Assembly (NCBI RefSeq): GCF_001194135.2 | Contig: NC_068988.1 | Coordinates: forward strand, 86,030,874-86,094,873 | Direction of reading: 5' to 3' | From: Octopus bimaculoides | Lineage: Eukaryota | Length of the DNA stretch: 64,000 bases | In this document: positions 37,570-50,164 of the stretch, piece by piece | How the letters are laid out: every line of letters begins with the position of its first letter | How positions within the stretch are numbered: position 1 is the stretch's first letter | Translations under genes and position numbers: made by a program | The notes under the pieces: generated by a model | Told to the model about the DNA's origin: nothing | The model's database searches: none | Seen by the model: the letters and a program-made list of their open reading frames with translations, nothing else

Positions 37570-37689
37570 CTAGCTAGCGCGGACGCGCGACTGCGCGTTC
37601 GGGTCCGCGCTGCTTTAATAGTACCAATCAATAAAAGGGTGCTAGCATTGTGGAGAAGAACAATGGAAAAGGTAGATAAGATAAATTGA
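37570..37689 (-). mobile_element. Candidate mini-Helitron (3' hairpin plus CTAG|T)
   Basis: On the minus strand a 16-nt hairpin ACGCGC-AGTC-GCGCGT ends 9 nt before a terminal CTAG|T. A possible A|TC 5' end at 37689 is weak. Confidence 0.5.
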
Positions 37690-40274
37690 TATCGATTGGT
37701 GACTTATCTCTGCATTATTTATCCACACACTCTCTGCAATCAATCAGAACTCGATCATTTTTAAAATCAGCCGTGTGTATAAGTTCATAACCTTTTCATC
37801 TGTAAGGTTTGAATAAAAATTGGGAAGAACTATTGTAAAACATTTCATGCAGTAAAGTTTTAAAGGGCTGTTAAATACTGAACTTGCGTTTAGATAGTTT
37901 CAATAACTCTGTAACGATGTTTGAAAGGGCTGTCGAAGTTTACAGAAAATCAAACGATTTTTTAAGAAATAGTGGGATCAATAATTAACAGAAAGGTGGT
38001 GGCCAGTATTGCATAAGAGAATTTTATAAGTCTACACCGTTAAAGAGTGGCTTCCCTTTCCAATACACACGACTTCACCTGAACGAATTCCAATCATTTT
38101 CTTAAGTTATTCTACATTTGTTGTTGTTGGTGGGTTGGTTGTTTGTTATTGTTACAGCTAAACAGAAAATTTTGTTTATCCATTCATAGATAAGACTCGT
38201 ATGAAAGTCAGCATATCAAACGTGTTGTTTTGACCAGTAAGTATAAATAATATGTTGTTCTTTACTTTTGCTTCTTTGAATAACAACAACACTACGAGAA
38301 CTGGCAAAGATATTAGTGTTCCCAAGACGGGTTTGCTTTATGGTCATACAAATGTACATACTTTTGTGTGTGTGTGTGTGTGTATATAGATATATGTATA
38401 TGTCCGTATGTATATACACACACACACAAATTGCACATTTTGTTAGCGGAGGAGGAAAGTAATACTAAATACAGAGTATAAAGTAAATTCATAAATTAAT
38501 TTAAAACGGAAATCGTTAGTCACTAATTTTGAAAATGAGTACGGACCGATAAACCCAGTGTTTATGTGCATGCCTATGGTTGTTTATGTTTGTGTGTGTG
38601 TTGGTCTTTCACATTAGCACAAGGTCATCAAAGTGCTGTCCGGGTAATTACATTAATAGCATCAGGTAAAAGAGATATTAAGAAGATAAATGCAAATTGA
38701 CCCTTAGAGGATTTTAACTTAACAGTTATCATCATCATTAGCACAAGGCAACACAATTCAATGAAGAGGTAAAATTGGTTATTTAGGAACCAGTACTTGA
38801 CTGGTGCCTTGTTTTAACGAAGGCGAAAAGTAGTAAAGGCTGGATCTGAATCTGGAACTTAAAGGGACGTAACTAAATATATTAAAGAATCTAATCCGTT
38901 GTTTCTGTCCCTCATCTCCTCTATTTCAAACTAGCTGGGGCAGTTCGGTTCTATACATTTTCGAGTATTGCTGTTATTGTCTGAATCAAAACTTATATAT
39001 TACTATAACACCGTGGTATCGAATAGGCTGTCATGTAGCCCCAGGTCAGTCATATATCGAGTTGTCCGATGACACTTAAGAAGTCCCTGAACAAGATAAG
39101 ATCCAGAGATTCATCATCATCGTTTTAATGAGTAATTTTCCACTCTTGTATTGGCTAGACGAGTGCCCGTTGGAGCAGAGTTTTCGGCAGTTGGACACCC
39201 TTCCTGATGCACACACAACCCCTAAAATTTCCAAGTGAACTAATAATGATTATGCCCTGAGAAGGAAAGATAGTATTCTTAGGATGATGTTGTAGTAGTG
39301 TTATGGGCTGTTGTAGATGTTTCTTTTGTGAGTGGGACAGATACTATAGTTATGATGGTATTGTAATGTTGAGAAATGTTGTAGATGTCTGTCTTGGATG
39401 GGAAATATAGCATTGTTAAGATGATGATGAAGAGGTATTTGATGCTGAGAAATATTTGTACATATAGTGGCCAGTTCTGAGAAAGCTGGGACTTACTGTG
39501 GAAACAAAGTCCCACACCTGGTCAGATGTCCTTTCATGTTCACTAATGCAGTCTAACCCCAGATTAACTGTGATTAAGCTGACCTATGACTAAAAGTATT
39601 CCAGTCATATTCTCGTCTTTTTTTTTTCTTTGTGTTTATAGGCTCTTGGGTGTGATTTGTGAAAAATGTGGTTTGTATTTCTAGCATATTGAGTGACTTC
39701 ATATAGGCTCCTTCATTGGTTTATGAGTGTTTTGTTTCATTGTGTGAGTCATATCTAAATGTATTCAATGAATTAATTTCTCTTATTGGTTGCAAATATA
39801 AACAGACATTATATAAAGGGTTTGAAATATATTTGAGGACACTTACTTATCAGAGTAGTCAAAGCATATGGCTAAGTGGTTAAAGTGTTACACTCATAAT
39901 CATAAGATTGTGGTTTCAATTCTTGAACTGGGTGACACATTGAGTTCTTGAGCAAAACACCTCATTTCACATTGCTCCAGTCCATTCAGCTACCAAAAAG
40001 AGTAATCCTGTGATAAACAAGCATTTTATGAAGGGGAGAAATATATTTGTCACAGAATCCAGCAAACCAGCCTTATGAACCTATGGCTTNNNNNNNNNNN
40101 NNNNNNNNNNNNNNNNNNNNNNNNNNNNNNNNNNNNNNNNNNNNNNNNNNNNNNNNNNNNNNNNNNNNNNNNNNNNNNNNNNNNNNNNNNNNNNNNNNNN
40201 NTAATTATCAGAGTATTACTCTCTTCAAATCATTTAAAAGGATTTATCTCTTTCAGATTTCTCGTGCCATATAA

Positions 40275-41376
40275 AATACTAGCGCAAGAAATAAAAAGAC
40301 ATGCACTCATTGCTGCCATATTTGCAAAACACAGCAATTTAGAAATTGCTGGCTTTCTAAATGTTGCAAGATCTTTTGCACATAGAGTTTGGCTGAAAGT
40401 GGAAGCCTCTGGTGGGAATGTTTTGACTGAATCAAAGAGAAACAAAAAAACATTCTAAACATTCAGGCACTATAAGGAAACCACAATTCATGATGATCCC
40501 AGAAAATTAATGAGGGCTTATCACCAAATAAAATACCGGTATCAGAGTGGACCAACAAAATTGTGATGTAAAAGAATGTTTGATACAAGTTGTATGTACT
40601 TAGGAGAAACCAATTCTTGTCTGCAAAAACACAGGAAAAATGTTTAATCTTTGCCAAATGATTTCTTGACAAAGTTAAAAACCCTCATGAAGTTGGCATG
40701 CTTTGGTTCTTTGATGAGAAAAACTTCAACCAGAAGTTTAACAGGAGAGATGACAGATGGTTATATGCAGATCTTTCTGATATCCCCGGAGTGATGTCCA
40801 CTTAATTTCCAGTAACTGTGATGGTTTTAGGAGTACTGAGTAATAAAGATCATGCCATGCCATCTCACAACTTTCCATAGGGTCTTAGAATTATATAACT
40901 GCTGATGACAGTAGTTAAACCCTGGATGGATGCAGTGGAAGGCCAAACGTGTTTCAACACAACTCATCACTTTCTGACATAACCCATGTAAACCAAGAAT
41001 TGATACCAATCTTTATGATCATGTAAACACCAAACTTGTGGCCTCCAAATTCATCAAATTTAAACCCCATGGGCTGTTTCATTTGGAGCATTGGTGGAAG
41101 GGAGACTAATCAGCATTTTCTCAATACCATAGCTACACTGAAGGCATCCATTAGTGTTTGTCCAAAATGAAGAAGTACCATTTAGTGCAGATATGTCAAT
41201 GATTCTGGCTTCCATTGAAGCAGTCATAGAAACTGAAGTTGGATTCATAGAATAATCTTATAAAAATGCTTAACAAGAATATGGGCACAAATTTTGATTA
41301 CAATATATTTGGTTTTTACTAGATTAAAGTTTGTTTTAAATTACCAAATATGTCCTCAAATACCTCTCACACTCTG
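40275..41376 (+). mobile_element. Second degenerate maT (DD37D)-like transposon
   Basis: N-terminal HTH-like EIKRHALIAAIFAKHSNLEIAGFLNVARS, then LWFFDEKNF, WPPNSSNLNPM and EAVIETEVGFIE*; CACTCTG|TA right end. Confidence 0.85.
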
Positions 41377-41554
41377 TATGCACATATATATATATATATA
41401 TATATATTGTGCTTCTGTGAGTAAAAAGTTCTTTGACTCTTATTTCTAGCAATGCTGGTGCTCCTTGCACCCTTCATCACATTTTAGCAGTGGTGAATTA
41501 TTTCCTTTTTGGTTTTGAATTGCATCTAACCACCTTAATTATTTTATATATATA

Positions 41555-41760
41555 TCATCATCATCATCGTTTAACGTCCGCTTTCCATGCCAGCATGGGT
41601 TGGACGATTTCACTGAGGACTGGTGAAACCCGATGACAACACCAGCCAACAATCTGATTTGGCAGAGTTTCTACAGCTGGATGCCCTTCCTAACGCCAAC
41701 CACTCAGAGAGTGTAGTGGGTGCTTTTACGTGTCACCCGCACGAAGGCCAGTCAGGCGAT
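41555..41760 (-). mobile_element. RTE-type LINE 3' tail with (GAT)n end, young copy
   Basis: Reverse complement of 55125-55413; CpG-rich. Confidence 0.75.
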
Positions 41761-42383
41761 CTATTTGTTATCATAGTTGAAGTAAACTCTAATACTTGAT
41801 AGTATATTTTATTTCTTTCTTATCATTGTCTTTCAGAAGAAGATTAAGTTCCATTGTAGCCAGATTTGACATAACATCAGTTATGTAACCATACTAGNNN
41901 NNNNNNNNNNNNNNNNNNNNNNNNNNNNNNNNNNNNNNNNNNNNNNNNNNNNNNNNNNNNNNNNNNNNNNNNNNNNNNNNNNNNNNNNNNNNNNNNNNNN
42001 NNNNNNNNNNNNNNNNNNNNNNNNNNNNNNNNNNNNNNNNNNNNNNNNNNNNNNNNNNNNNNNNNNNNNNNNNNNNNNNNNNNNNNNNNNNNNNNTATGA
42101 CATTTATTTGTATTACTACTAGCAGCAAATCTTTGTTAACCAGTAAAATGCTCAGCAATTATAAAATTTAAGTAGCTTACACAAATGAAACAAGGTTTTT
42201 TATGACAAGCCTATGAAAGAATGCTCAAAAATTATGAAGCAACTCAAAGCTACTAAAAATCATTTTAACTTTGAAAGAACTCAATATATATAAACCTTCT
42301 AACGGTCACTGACCATGTAACATCTCTGCTCGTAAGTTACCTCATCATTTCGTTTTTGTCTTGCTATTACATGTTTTATTATG

Positions 42384-42475
42384 AACTCCCTGAAGAGAAA
42401 TATATGAGGAACCCCAACAGCTCTTTCTTCTTTGTGAAAGATCCTCTCATTTATTTCGAAACATGTGTAGGAATT
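42384..42475 (+). ncRNA. Type I hammerhead ribozyme with intact catalytic core
   Basis: AACTCC-CTGAAGA-GAAATA...TATTTC-GAAA-C-ATGT-GTA-GGAATT. All core nucleotides are present, with G10.1-C11.1 and A15.1-U16.1 pairs, 5/6-bp stem I and an extended stem II; predicted cleavage after 42469. Confidence 0.85.
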
Positions 42476-43169
42476 AAAGAAACTTTTATTGACATGCATT
42501 TTGCTCCATCTATTATTATTATTATCCATATCTTCTCAAAATGTATCACTTTAACTTGGTATCCCTACCTGTAAAACGGCTGTGATATCGTGTTTTTTAG
42601 TGTAATTTTGCTACTTATGGTAACTATTAACGTATTTAAATTATTGAAGGTTTTAATAACTGAGATAATGTGTGTGTGTGTCATTATCATCATTTTAACA
42701 ACCACATTTCCATGCTTGCATCAGTCAGACAGAATTCATTGAGGCAGATTTTCTACAGCTAGATGTCCTTCCTGACACCAACTTCACCAGTTTTCTATCA
42801 ACTGAGATGCTTTCCTGTTGTTGGACATGCTTCCATGAAAGAATGAAAATGAGAGACGCTGGTTCTATGATGGTGAGGTTCATTTTCAACTATCATGCAA
42901 TGTCAAGACAAGGAGACACAAACAACAGGTTCCTTTCATGGCTGGCTGTATGGTAAGAAGTTTGCTTCTCAATCACTGTTCATCTCACTGTATGGTACCT
43001 TGGGTAAGTGTCTTCTACTATAACCTGAGATCTACCAAAGCCTTGCAAGTAGATTTAATTGTCAGAAACCGAAAGTAGCCCATCCTATATATATATGCGT
43101 GTGTGTGTAGGTTTGGTGATGCAAACTGGAAAAAAAGCTCAAAACCTGTGTATATGTATATATACACAT

Positions 43170-43570
43170 GTAGGAGTGGCTGTGTGGTAAGTAGCTTACT
43201 TATGAATCACATGGTTCTGGGTTCAGTCACACTGCATGGCACCTTGGGCAAGTGTCTTCTACTATAGCCTCGGGTCAACCAAAGCCTTGTGAGTGGATTT
43301 GGTAGACGGAAACTGAAAGAAGCCCGTTGTATATATGTATATATATATATATGTATGTGTAATGTGTGTCTATGTTTGTCCCTCCAACATCGGTTGACAA
43401 CCGATGCTGGTGTGTTTACGTCCCCGTAACTTAGTGGTTCAGCAAAAAAGACTGATAGAATAAGTACTAGGCTTACAAAGAATAAGTCCTGGGGTCGATT
43501 TGCTCCACTAAAAAGGCGGTGCTCCTGCATGACCACAGTCAAATCATTGAAACAAGTAAAAGAGTATATA
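43170..43570 (+). mobile_element. SINE family A, full-length, fairly young
   Basis: Near-consensus layout. Confidence 0.9.
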
Positions 43571-44797
43571 TATATATATACATGTACGTTTTTTATTAAT
43601 AATTTGCAAAAGTTACAGAGTAACTTATCAAGTGCCAATACATTAAACTCTCACTCCTTGAGTTACTCTATGGTTTATGTCAATTATTATTAAAAAACGC
43701 ATGTGTATGTATATATATATATATTTATGTGTGTGTATCTTTGTGTTTGCTCCCCACCACCACTTAACTGGTGTTGGTTTGTTTACATCCACATAATATA
43801 GTCGGTTAGCAAAAAGAGATTGTTAGAATGAGTATTAGGTTAAAAATATGTGCTGGGGCTCATTTGTTTGACTAAATCCTTCAAGGCAATGCTCCAGCAT
43901 GACCACAGTACAATGACTGGAACAAGTAAAAGATAAAAGATATACTTTAGGATGATGGCTGACAGAATCAAAAGAATCCCAGAGAAAATGTTTTGCAATA
44001 TTTAGTTACAACCCTTCACCTTCCAAATTCCAAACCAGTTGGGTGCTGGCCATGTTGTTCTTTTTTCTACATTCCATGAAGTAATTACCAATCTGATTAA
44101 TCAGAACGTTTGACACTTTACCAATATTATAAATGAACCAATGTTTAAATATGACAGAGGTTTGGCTGAATCATTAGAGCATCTGACAAAATACCTTGTG
44201 ATACTTGTTCTGACTCTTCACGTTCTGTTATCCCTTGATAAACTACCGGTCATATACTGTGGCCGCTGGTATCATCTAACTCCCTCCTCCTATCTTTATA
44301 ATTACTGGTCTTGCATCCACATGTTTGAATGTGTTCAGGACATTTGGATGGTAGTTTTAACCTATTGCCTGGTTTAATACCACCATCTGGCACTTTGAGT
44401 GCCTTTAGCTGAGCCCATTCTGTTGCAAGCATTTAGGTCTACTTTCCAGTTTAATGATATCTATTCTCCTTCCTTCCTATCAGTCTCATAGGCCTTGTAA
44501 AAGTTCATAGGCACTGCCTTCCCCACTGACTTAAAGGGGAAAAAAATACCAGTTTACAGTTGATCATAAATGTTTGTAAGACCAACATGTACATAACAGA
44601 GTTATGTACCTTGTTCAGAGAGATATCACGTTGGGTGTAATAAGAGGTGAACATATGGCTAAGTGTCTAGCCCATTAATCCCCACAGCTATTGTGGCTTA
44701 TTGGTAAACAGTTAAAAGATAATCTAGTTTAAGGAATTTGTTCATATTTAAGTTAGTTCAAAATACATTTGCGTATTGACACATATTCAGGTACAAG

Positions 44798-44917
44798 CAA
44801 TAGCATAGCTAGAGTGTGTGCTGCCTGGGGTGGCCATTCCATTTGCCGCTCCTGGACCCCACAAAAAAAACATATTGCCTACCAGACCCATGAAAGTGCC
44901 CCCCAGCTACGCTAGTG
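44798..44917. mobile_element. 120-bp hAT-type MITE
   Basis: TIR CA(A/C)TAGC(A/G)TAGCT; 8-bp TSD GG(T/C)ACAAG, 7/8 match. Confidence 0.7.
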
Positions 44918-45404
44918 GGCACAAGTATGGCTCTGTGGTTAAAAAGTTTGCTTCCCAGCCATATGGTTTTGGGTTCAGTCTTACTGCTTTGCACCTTGGA
45001 CAAGTCTCCTCTACTTTAGCCCCAGGCCAACCAATAGCTTCTGAGTGGATTTTGTAGATGGAAATTGAAAGAAAGCCATCCTATATGTATATAAAGACCC
45101 ACTTCAATCATGAATGACTATGGGTTTGCACATAGAAAGTTACCCTCTGAGGCACAAGTCCAGGCAAGGTTATTTATGGAAGACCAGCAGTCGCCCATGC
45201 ATACCAGCCTTCCCTCTCCATGCCACCGATGTTATCCAAGGGAAAGGCAAGGGCCAATAAATCTTGGCACTAGTGACACCTCAACTCATTTCTACAGCTG
45301 AGTGAACTGGAACAACATGAAATGAAGTATCTTTGGTCGAAGACAAACGTGCAGCTGGGTCCAAGAATCGAATTCACTACCTCATGATTGTGAGCCTGAT
45401 GCTC

Positions 45405-45680
45405 TGTGGAGGCACTTGACTTAGTAGTCAAGGTATTTGGCTCACAATCATAAGGTCAGGATTTCAATTCCTGGTGGTGTATTGTGTCCTCATGCAAAAC
45501 ACTCTGTTTCACATTGCTCCATTCTACTCAGCTAGCAAAAATGAGTAGTACCTGTATTTCAATGGGTATGCATATCTTTGGAGTACTCAGCCACTTGCAC
45601 ATTAGTTTCACAAGCAGGCTGTCCCATTGACTGGATCAAATGGAACCCTCATCATCATAACCAATGAAGTGCCAGTAGTA
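45405..45680 (+). mobile_element. SINE family C, CpG-decayed copy
   Basis: Aligns with the reverse complement of 24940-25255 with many CG to TG/CA changes. Confidence 0.75.
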
Positions 45681-46514
45681 TATATATATATAGATAGATA
45701 TGTGTATGTATGTGAGAGAGAGTATGTATATGTTTGTGTCTCCTTGAAATCACATGGTAGCTATAAATAAATGTCACTATCATGCAGAAAGTGCCATTCA
45801 TTTCTAATATTCCGTGGAAACATGTCTAACCATGGAGAAATATTACCTTACTTGGAAACAGGTGTAGGTTGGTGACAGGAAAGGCATTTAACCATAGAAA
45901 ATTCTACCTCAATGAACTCCACCTGACCCTTGCAAGCAATGAAAAGTGGGCATTAGCATTACAATAGCATTGATCTTCTAATTTCTGCTTTTGTTTTAGG
46001 TTTTTATTATTATTTTGTTTTTCTTTTGCAGATGAAATATTGTGACAGTGAACTAGAAAGATCTAAAAAAATGAAGATTGTTTTTTCTTTTTTTTATTTG
46101 ATTCTACTACACTCTTATTATTATTATCAGCAGCAGCACCACTGAAACCTGGGATTTTAGATTTGTGCTGAATGTGTTACTTCCCTTCAAGCTAACTTAT
46201 GTTTGGTTGTTTCTCTGTGCATATTAAACAGCCTAAGACCATCCAAGTCGATAAGATGACAAACAAAAGTTGTTTTTTTAATACAGTATGCAGGCAAGAT
46301 ATTGCAACTGAGAAATGCTAGTTGTGTCAAGGAAGTATAATAGGTTTTTAATTTATTGTAAAATATTTCAAATCTGAGATGATGTATTCATTTGGTTTCA
46401 GGTATTTGTTTTAATAAGAGCAAGAAAGTAAAACAGGCAACTTGCTGCTTTAGCGATCAAAATATCTGAGAAGTCCATTGAATAAAGTTTGTGTAATGTT
46501 CTAGAACAAATTTG

Positions 46515-48257
46515 ATGGCCATCATGGAAGAAAATGTTAGTATTGAAGACAAAACTGATACAAAACCAATATTATGTGATGGAATAGTTTCAGCTCTTTC
46601 TGAGCCAAACCACTGTGCCAAAATCTTGTTTGATACTAATGATGTAAAACCAGACATTTGTAAAATATCATCCACTTCTCAAAGTTTCAAAGTGAAATCA
46701 CATACTAAAGATCACCACAATAATCAGAAAGGTTTTTTTTGCAAGATATGTGATAAAAACTGTTCCACATCATCTGGACTCAAAATTCATTTAAGGAAAC
46801 ACACTGGTGAGAAGCCATTCCATTGCCTGATTTGTGAGAAAAGCTTTGCAACAAGTTTTGTTTTGAAGAAACACATTAGGACCCACACTGGAGAAAAACC
46901 ATTCCACTGTGAGGTATGCAGCAAAAACTTTTCCACACGATCAGGTCTCAAAGAACACCATAGAACTCATACAGGAGAAAGACCCTACCATTGTGATGTG
47001 TGTGGGAAAAACTTCTCACACCATTATACATTGAAAGTACATTTAAGTTCACACTCCGGGGAGAAACTATTTCAGTGTAATCTCTGTGGTAAAAGATTTT
47101 CAACTAATTCCAAACTAAAGATGCATATTCGAATACACACGGGAGAGAAACCTTATTCCTGCAGTTTGTGTGGTCACGGTTTCTCTACTAATTCTAAGTT
47201 AAAGGTTCATGTAAGAATTCACACTGGAGAAAAACCATTCCAGTGTGAGATATGTGGCAGAAATGTTTCTACCAATTCTGAGTTGAAAAAACATGCAAGA
47301 ATACACACTGGTGAGAAACCATTCCATTGTGAGGTATGCAGTAAAAATTTCTTATCCAGTTCTGAACTCAAAGTTCATACAAGAACTCATACTGGAGAAA
47401 AACCATTCCATTGTGAAATATGTAGTAAAGATGTCTCCACCAGCTCAGGACTAAGGGAACATATGAAAACACATACAGGTGAGAAACCATTTCATTGTGA
47501 TGTATGTGGTAAAAGTTTTTCTCAACGCTTTAAACTGAAATTGCACTCAGCTACACATACTGGTGAGAAATTCTTCCCTTGTAGTGTATGTGACAGAAAA
47601 TTCTCAACTAATTTTGATCTGAAAATGCATACAAGGATTCATACTGGCGAAAAGCCTTTTTGCTGTGAGGTGTGTGGTAAAGGCTTTTCAGCTAGGTATA
47701 AAGTGAAAGTACATTCTAGAATTCATACTGGAGAGAAACCATTCCATTGTGAAATCTGTGGTAAAAATGTTTCCACTAGTTCCGAACTGAAAGTACATAT
47801 CAGGAGACACACTGGAGAGAAGCCTTTCCATTGTGATATATGTGGTAAAGATTTTTCAATTAGTTCAGAACTAAAAGTACATAAGAGAACTCATAGTGGA
47901 GAAAAACCGTTTATTTGTGAAATATGCACGAAAAGCTTTTCTACAAGTTGTGGCTTAAAGGTACATATCAGAACACATACAGGAGAAAGACCGTTTCATT
48001 GTGATATCTGTAGTAAAGGTTTTTCCTTGTGTTCATATCTGAAAAAACATGTTAAAACCCATACCGGGGAAAAACCATTTCATTGTGATATTTGTGGTAA
48101 AAAATTCTCCTCAAACATTGGACTAAAGGGACATGCTAGACTTCACAGTGGAGAAAAACCTTTTTACTGTGATACATGTGACAAGAGGTTTTCTTATTAT
48201 AATTCATTACAGATACATATGAAGAGACATCGTAATGTTATTAACAATACTTCGTGA
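46515..48257 (+). CDS. Tandem C2H2 zinc-finger protein, 18 fingers in a single coding exon, no recognisable KRAB/BTB/ZAD domain
   Basis: Uninterrupted ORF with 18 Cx2C...Hx3H units joined by TGEKP-type linkers. ATG at 46515, with a better-context ATG at 46524. Candidate splice acceptor TTTCAG ends at 46401. Confidence 0.95.
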   Translation: MAIMEENVSIEDKTDTKPILCDGIVSALSEPNHCAKILFDTNDVKPDICKISSTSQSFKVKSHTKDHHNNQKGFFCKICDKNCSTSSGLKIHLRKHTGEKPFHCLICEKSFATSFVLKKHIRTHTGEKPFHCEVCSKNFSTRSGLKEHHRTHTGERPYHCDVCGKNFSHHYTLKVHLSSHSGEKLFQCNLCGKRFSTNSKLKMHIRIHTGEKPYSCSLCGHGFSTNSKLKVHVRIHTGEKPFQCEICGRNVSTNSELKKHARIHTGEKPFHCEVCSKNFLSSSELKVHTRTHTGEKPFHCEICSKDVSTSSGLREHMKTHTGEKPFHCDVCGKSFSQRFKLKLHSATHTGEKFFPCSVCDRKFSTNFDLKMHTRIHTGEKPFCCEVCGKGFSARYKVKVHSRIHTGEKPFHCEICGKNVSTSSELKVHIRRHTGEKPFHCDICGKDFSISSELKVHKRTHSGEKPFICEICTKSFSTSCGLKVHIRTHTGERPFHCDICSKGFSLCSYLKKHVKTHTGEKPFHCDICGKKFSSNIGLKGHARLHSGEKPFYCDTCDKRFSYYNSLQIHMKRHRNVINNTS

Positions 48258-48782
48258 TTGTATCTGTTGTCTGTCTTGATTGATTTTTACAACAATCTTA
48301 ATAGAAATGTAGGAAAGAATGAAAATTTTTTTATTTAAATTAATATGATGACATTAACTTCCCTTTTATGGATCATGTTACTGTCTTATTGTTTTCATTG
48401 TATCTACCTCATTTAGATCTTTGACCTATATTTTCTTGTATGTACCTCATTTTGTTGACTACTGGGTCACATTTCAAGTTAAGTAATACATGCATTAGTT
48501 ACTAAGTGGTTCACCCTGTTACTGAAACAGTGAGCTGCACCAATTCATAGTACCTATTATAATTGTTGCTATGCAATTCCACTCTTTTCTATTATCCCAG
48601 TTAACTCTGCTTTAGGGCACATATACATATTTACATAACTTACAGCACAGTGGTAGCCTCGTATGTTTCACAATAATCTTTTCCAGACTTCTGCACATTT
48701 CTCTACACTAGAACCTTTCTATACACTTTGTCATATAGTGTGGTACCTCCTTTACAACTGGGGCTGTAAGACACTCCCCGCC

Positions 48783-48925
48783 TTATCTCATTTCAGCTAG
48801 ATGGACTGCACTTCCACATTGTACCTATTTACATTTAGGTTGACTGTACTTTCCTGTTGTACCTATTTAAAAGTCAGATGAACTGTAACTTTACGTGGTA
48901 CCCCATTTGCAGTTAAATGGACTGG
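48783..48925. repeat. Degenerate ~38-bp minisatellite, about 4 copies, downstream of the ZNF stop
   Basis: TGTACCTATTTA...GATG(G/A)ACTG recurs at 48820, 48858 and about 48897. Confidence 0.7.
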
Positions 48926-50164
48926 GCCAGCTGAATTTCTTGAATTGTGGACTCAATACAGCACTGGTACTTGTATTTCTTCAATAGATGTCCTCCCTAC
49001 TGAGCATCCAAGGGGCAGAGTCTAGATCAGCTAGTTTTATTACATTCCAGCAATCAACATGAAGTCACCATTAATGAACTGTAGTCATGTATTCAGTTAC
49101 CCACCAACAACAAAGGCCTGCCATGGAACGTTGTATTCATGGCAGCATGGATGAAGACTTTTGTTGGAATGTTGACTTTAATGGACAATGACAATGAGTT
49201 GTGACTACAAACAGTGTCGTGGAAGTGGGACAGGAACTAGACTATCTGCCCATGGGTCAAATGTTCAAATCTGCTGCAACCATTATGTTATGTTTCTTAG
49301 TAGAAAATTATATTCTACATGACTTCAGTTGTTTGTCAGTAAGAATAGATACCACACCAGGTCAATCTGAGGAATGTTTCCTATGATAAACTGGTGTCCT
49401 AAGCAAAGGGAGACTTAGTCTTCATTCTCTACATAATGTTTCCGGACATCATCATCATTTAATGTCTGTTTTCCATGCTGGCATGGGTTGGACTGTTTCA
49501 CCAGAGCTCGCAACCTAGAGAGCTGCACTAGGTTCCAATCTGATTTGGCATGGTTTCTACTGCTGGATGCCCTTCCTAATGCCAGCCACTTTACAGTGTG
49601 TGGTGGGTGCTACACTATACTCTACATCACTCTAGTTTCTCTGCTGTCCTAAATACTAAAGAATTTATCACTCCTTCCAGTTCATCTGGTGCCCTAACCA
49701 CTGAGAGATCACTTCCCACCCACCCACTCCAATTCATTTGCTATTCTTACTCTTAAAAATTTATTACTCCTCTACTGCTAGTATCTGTTGACAGAACACT
49801 ATGTTTTCTATTATTTCATTTATGTGTCAGTAGAAAACTGTGCCACCAGATCACCTGGGGAATGTTATTCCCCAGGTAAATCATCCTATGAATGATTTAG
49901 CTTTCATTCATTTAACATACTAAAACAAGAGCTATGTACCAAGCATTCATTAAAATCTGATGAATACAGGTATGGACATGTGATATACAAATAGTGAGTC
50001 AAAAGATACTCTCTGCTATCATGGAGGGCTCCCATAGAGAGAAAGACATGGTAGAATCAAATCTCAGAATGTTGAGCCTCTTGAATGAAATGGCAAAAGG
50101 TAAATGACAGTATGTTATGTGGCAAACTTGTGCAATCCATACCAGCATTGAAACTGACTTTTAA

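Noticed and set aside
46640-46720. Possible 19th finger (ICKISS...HTKDH)
   Set aside because: The second Cys is absent and the spacing is off, so it was not counted as a finger.
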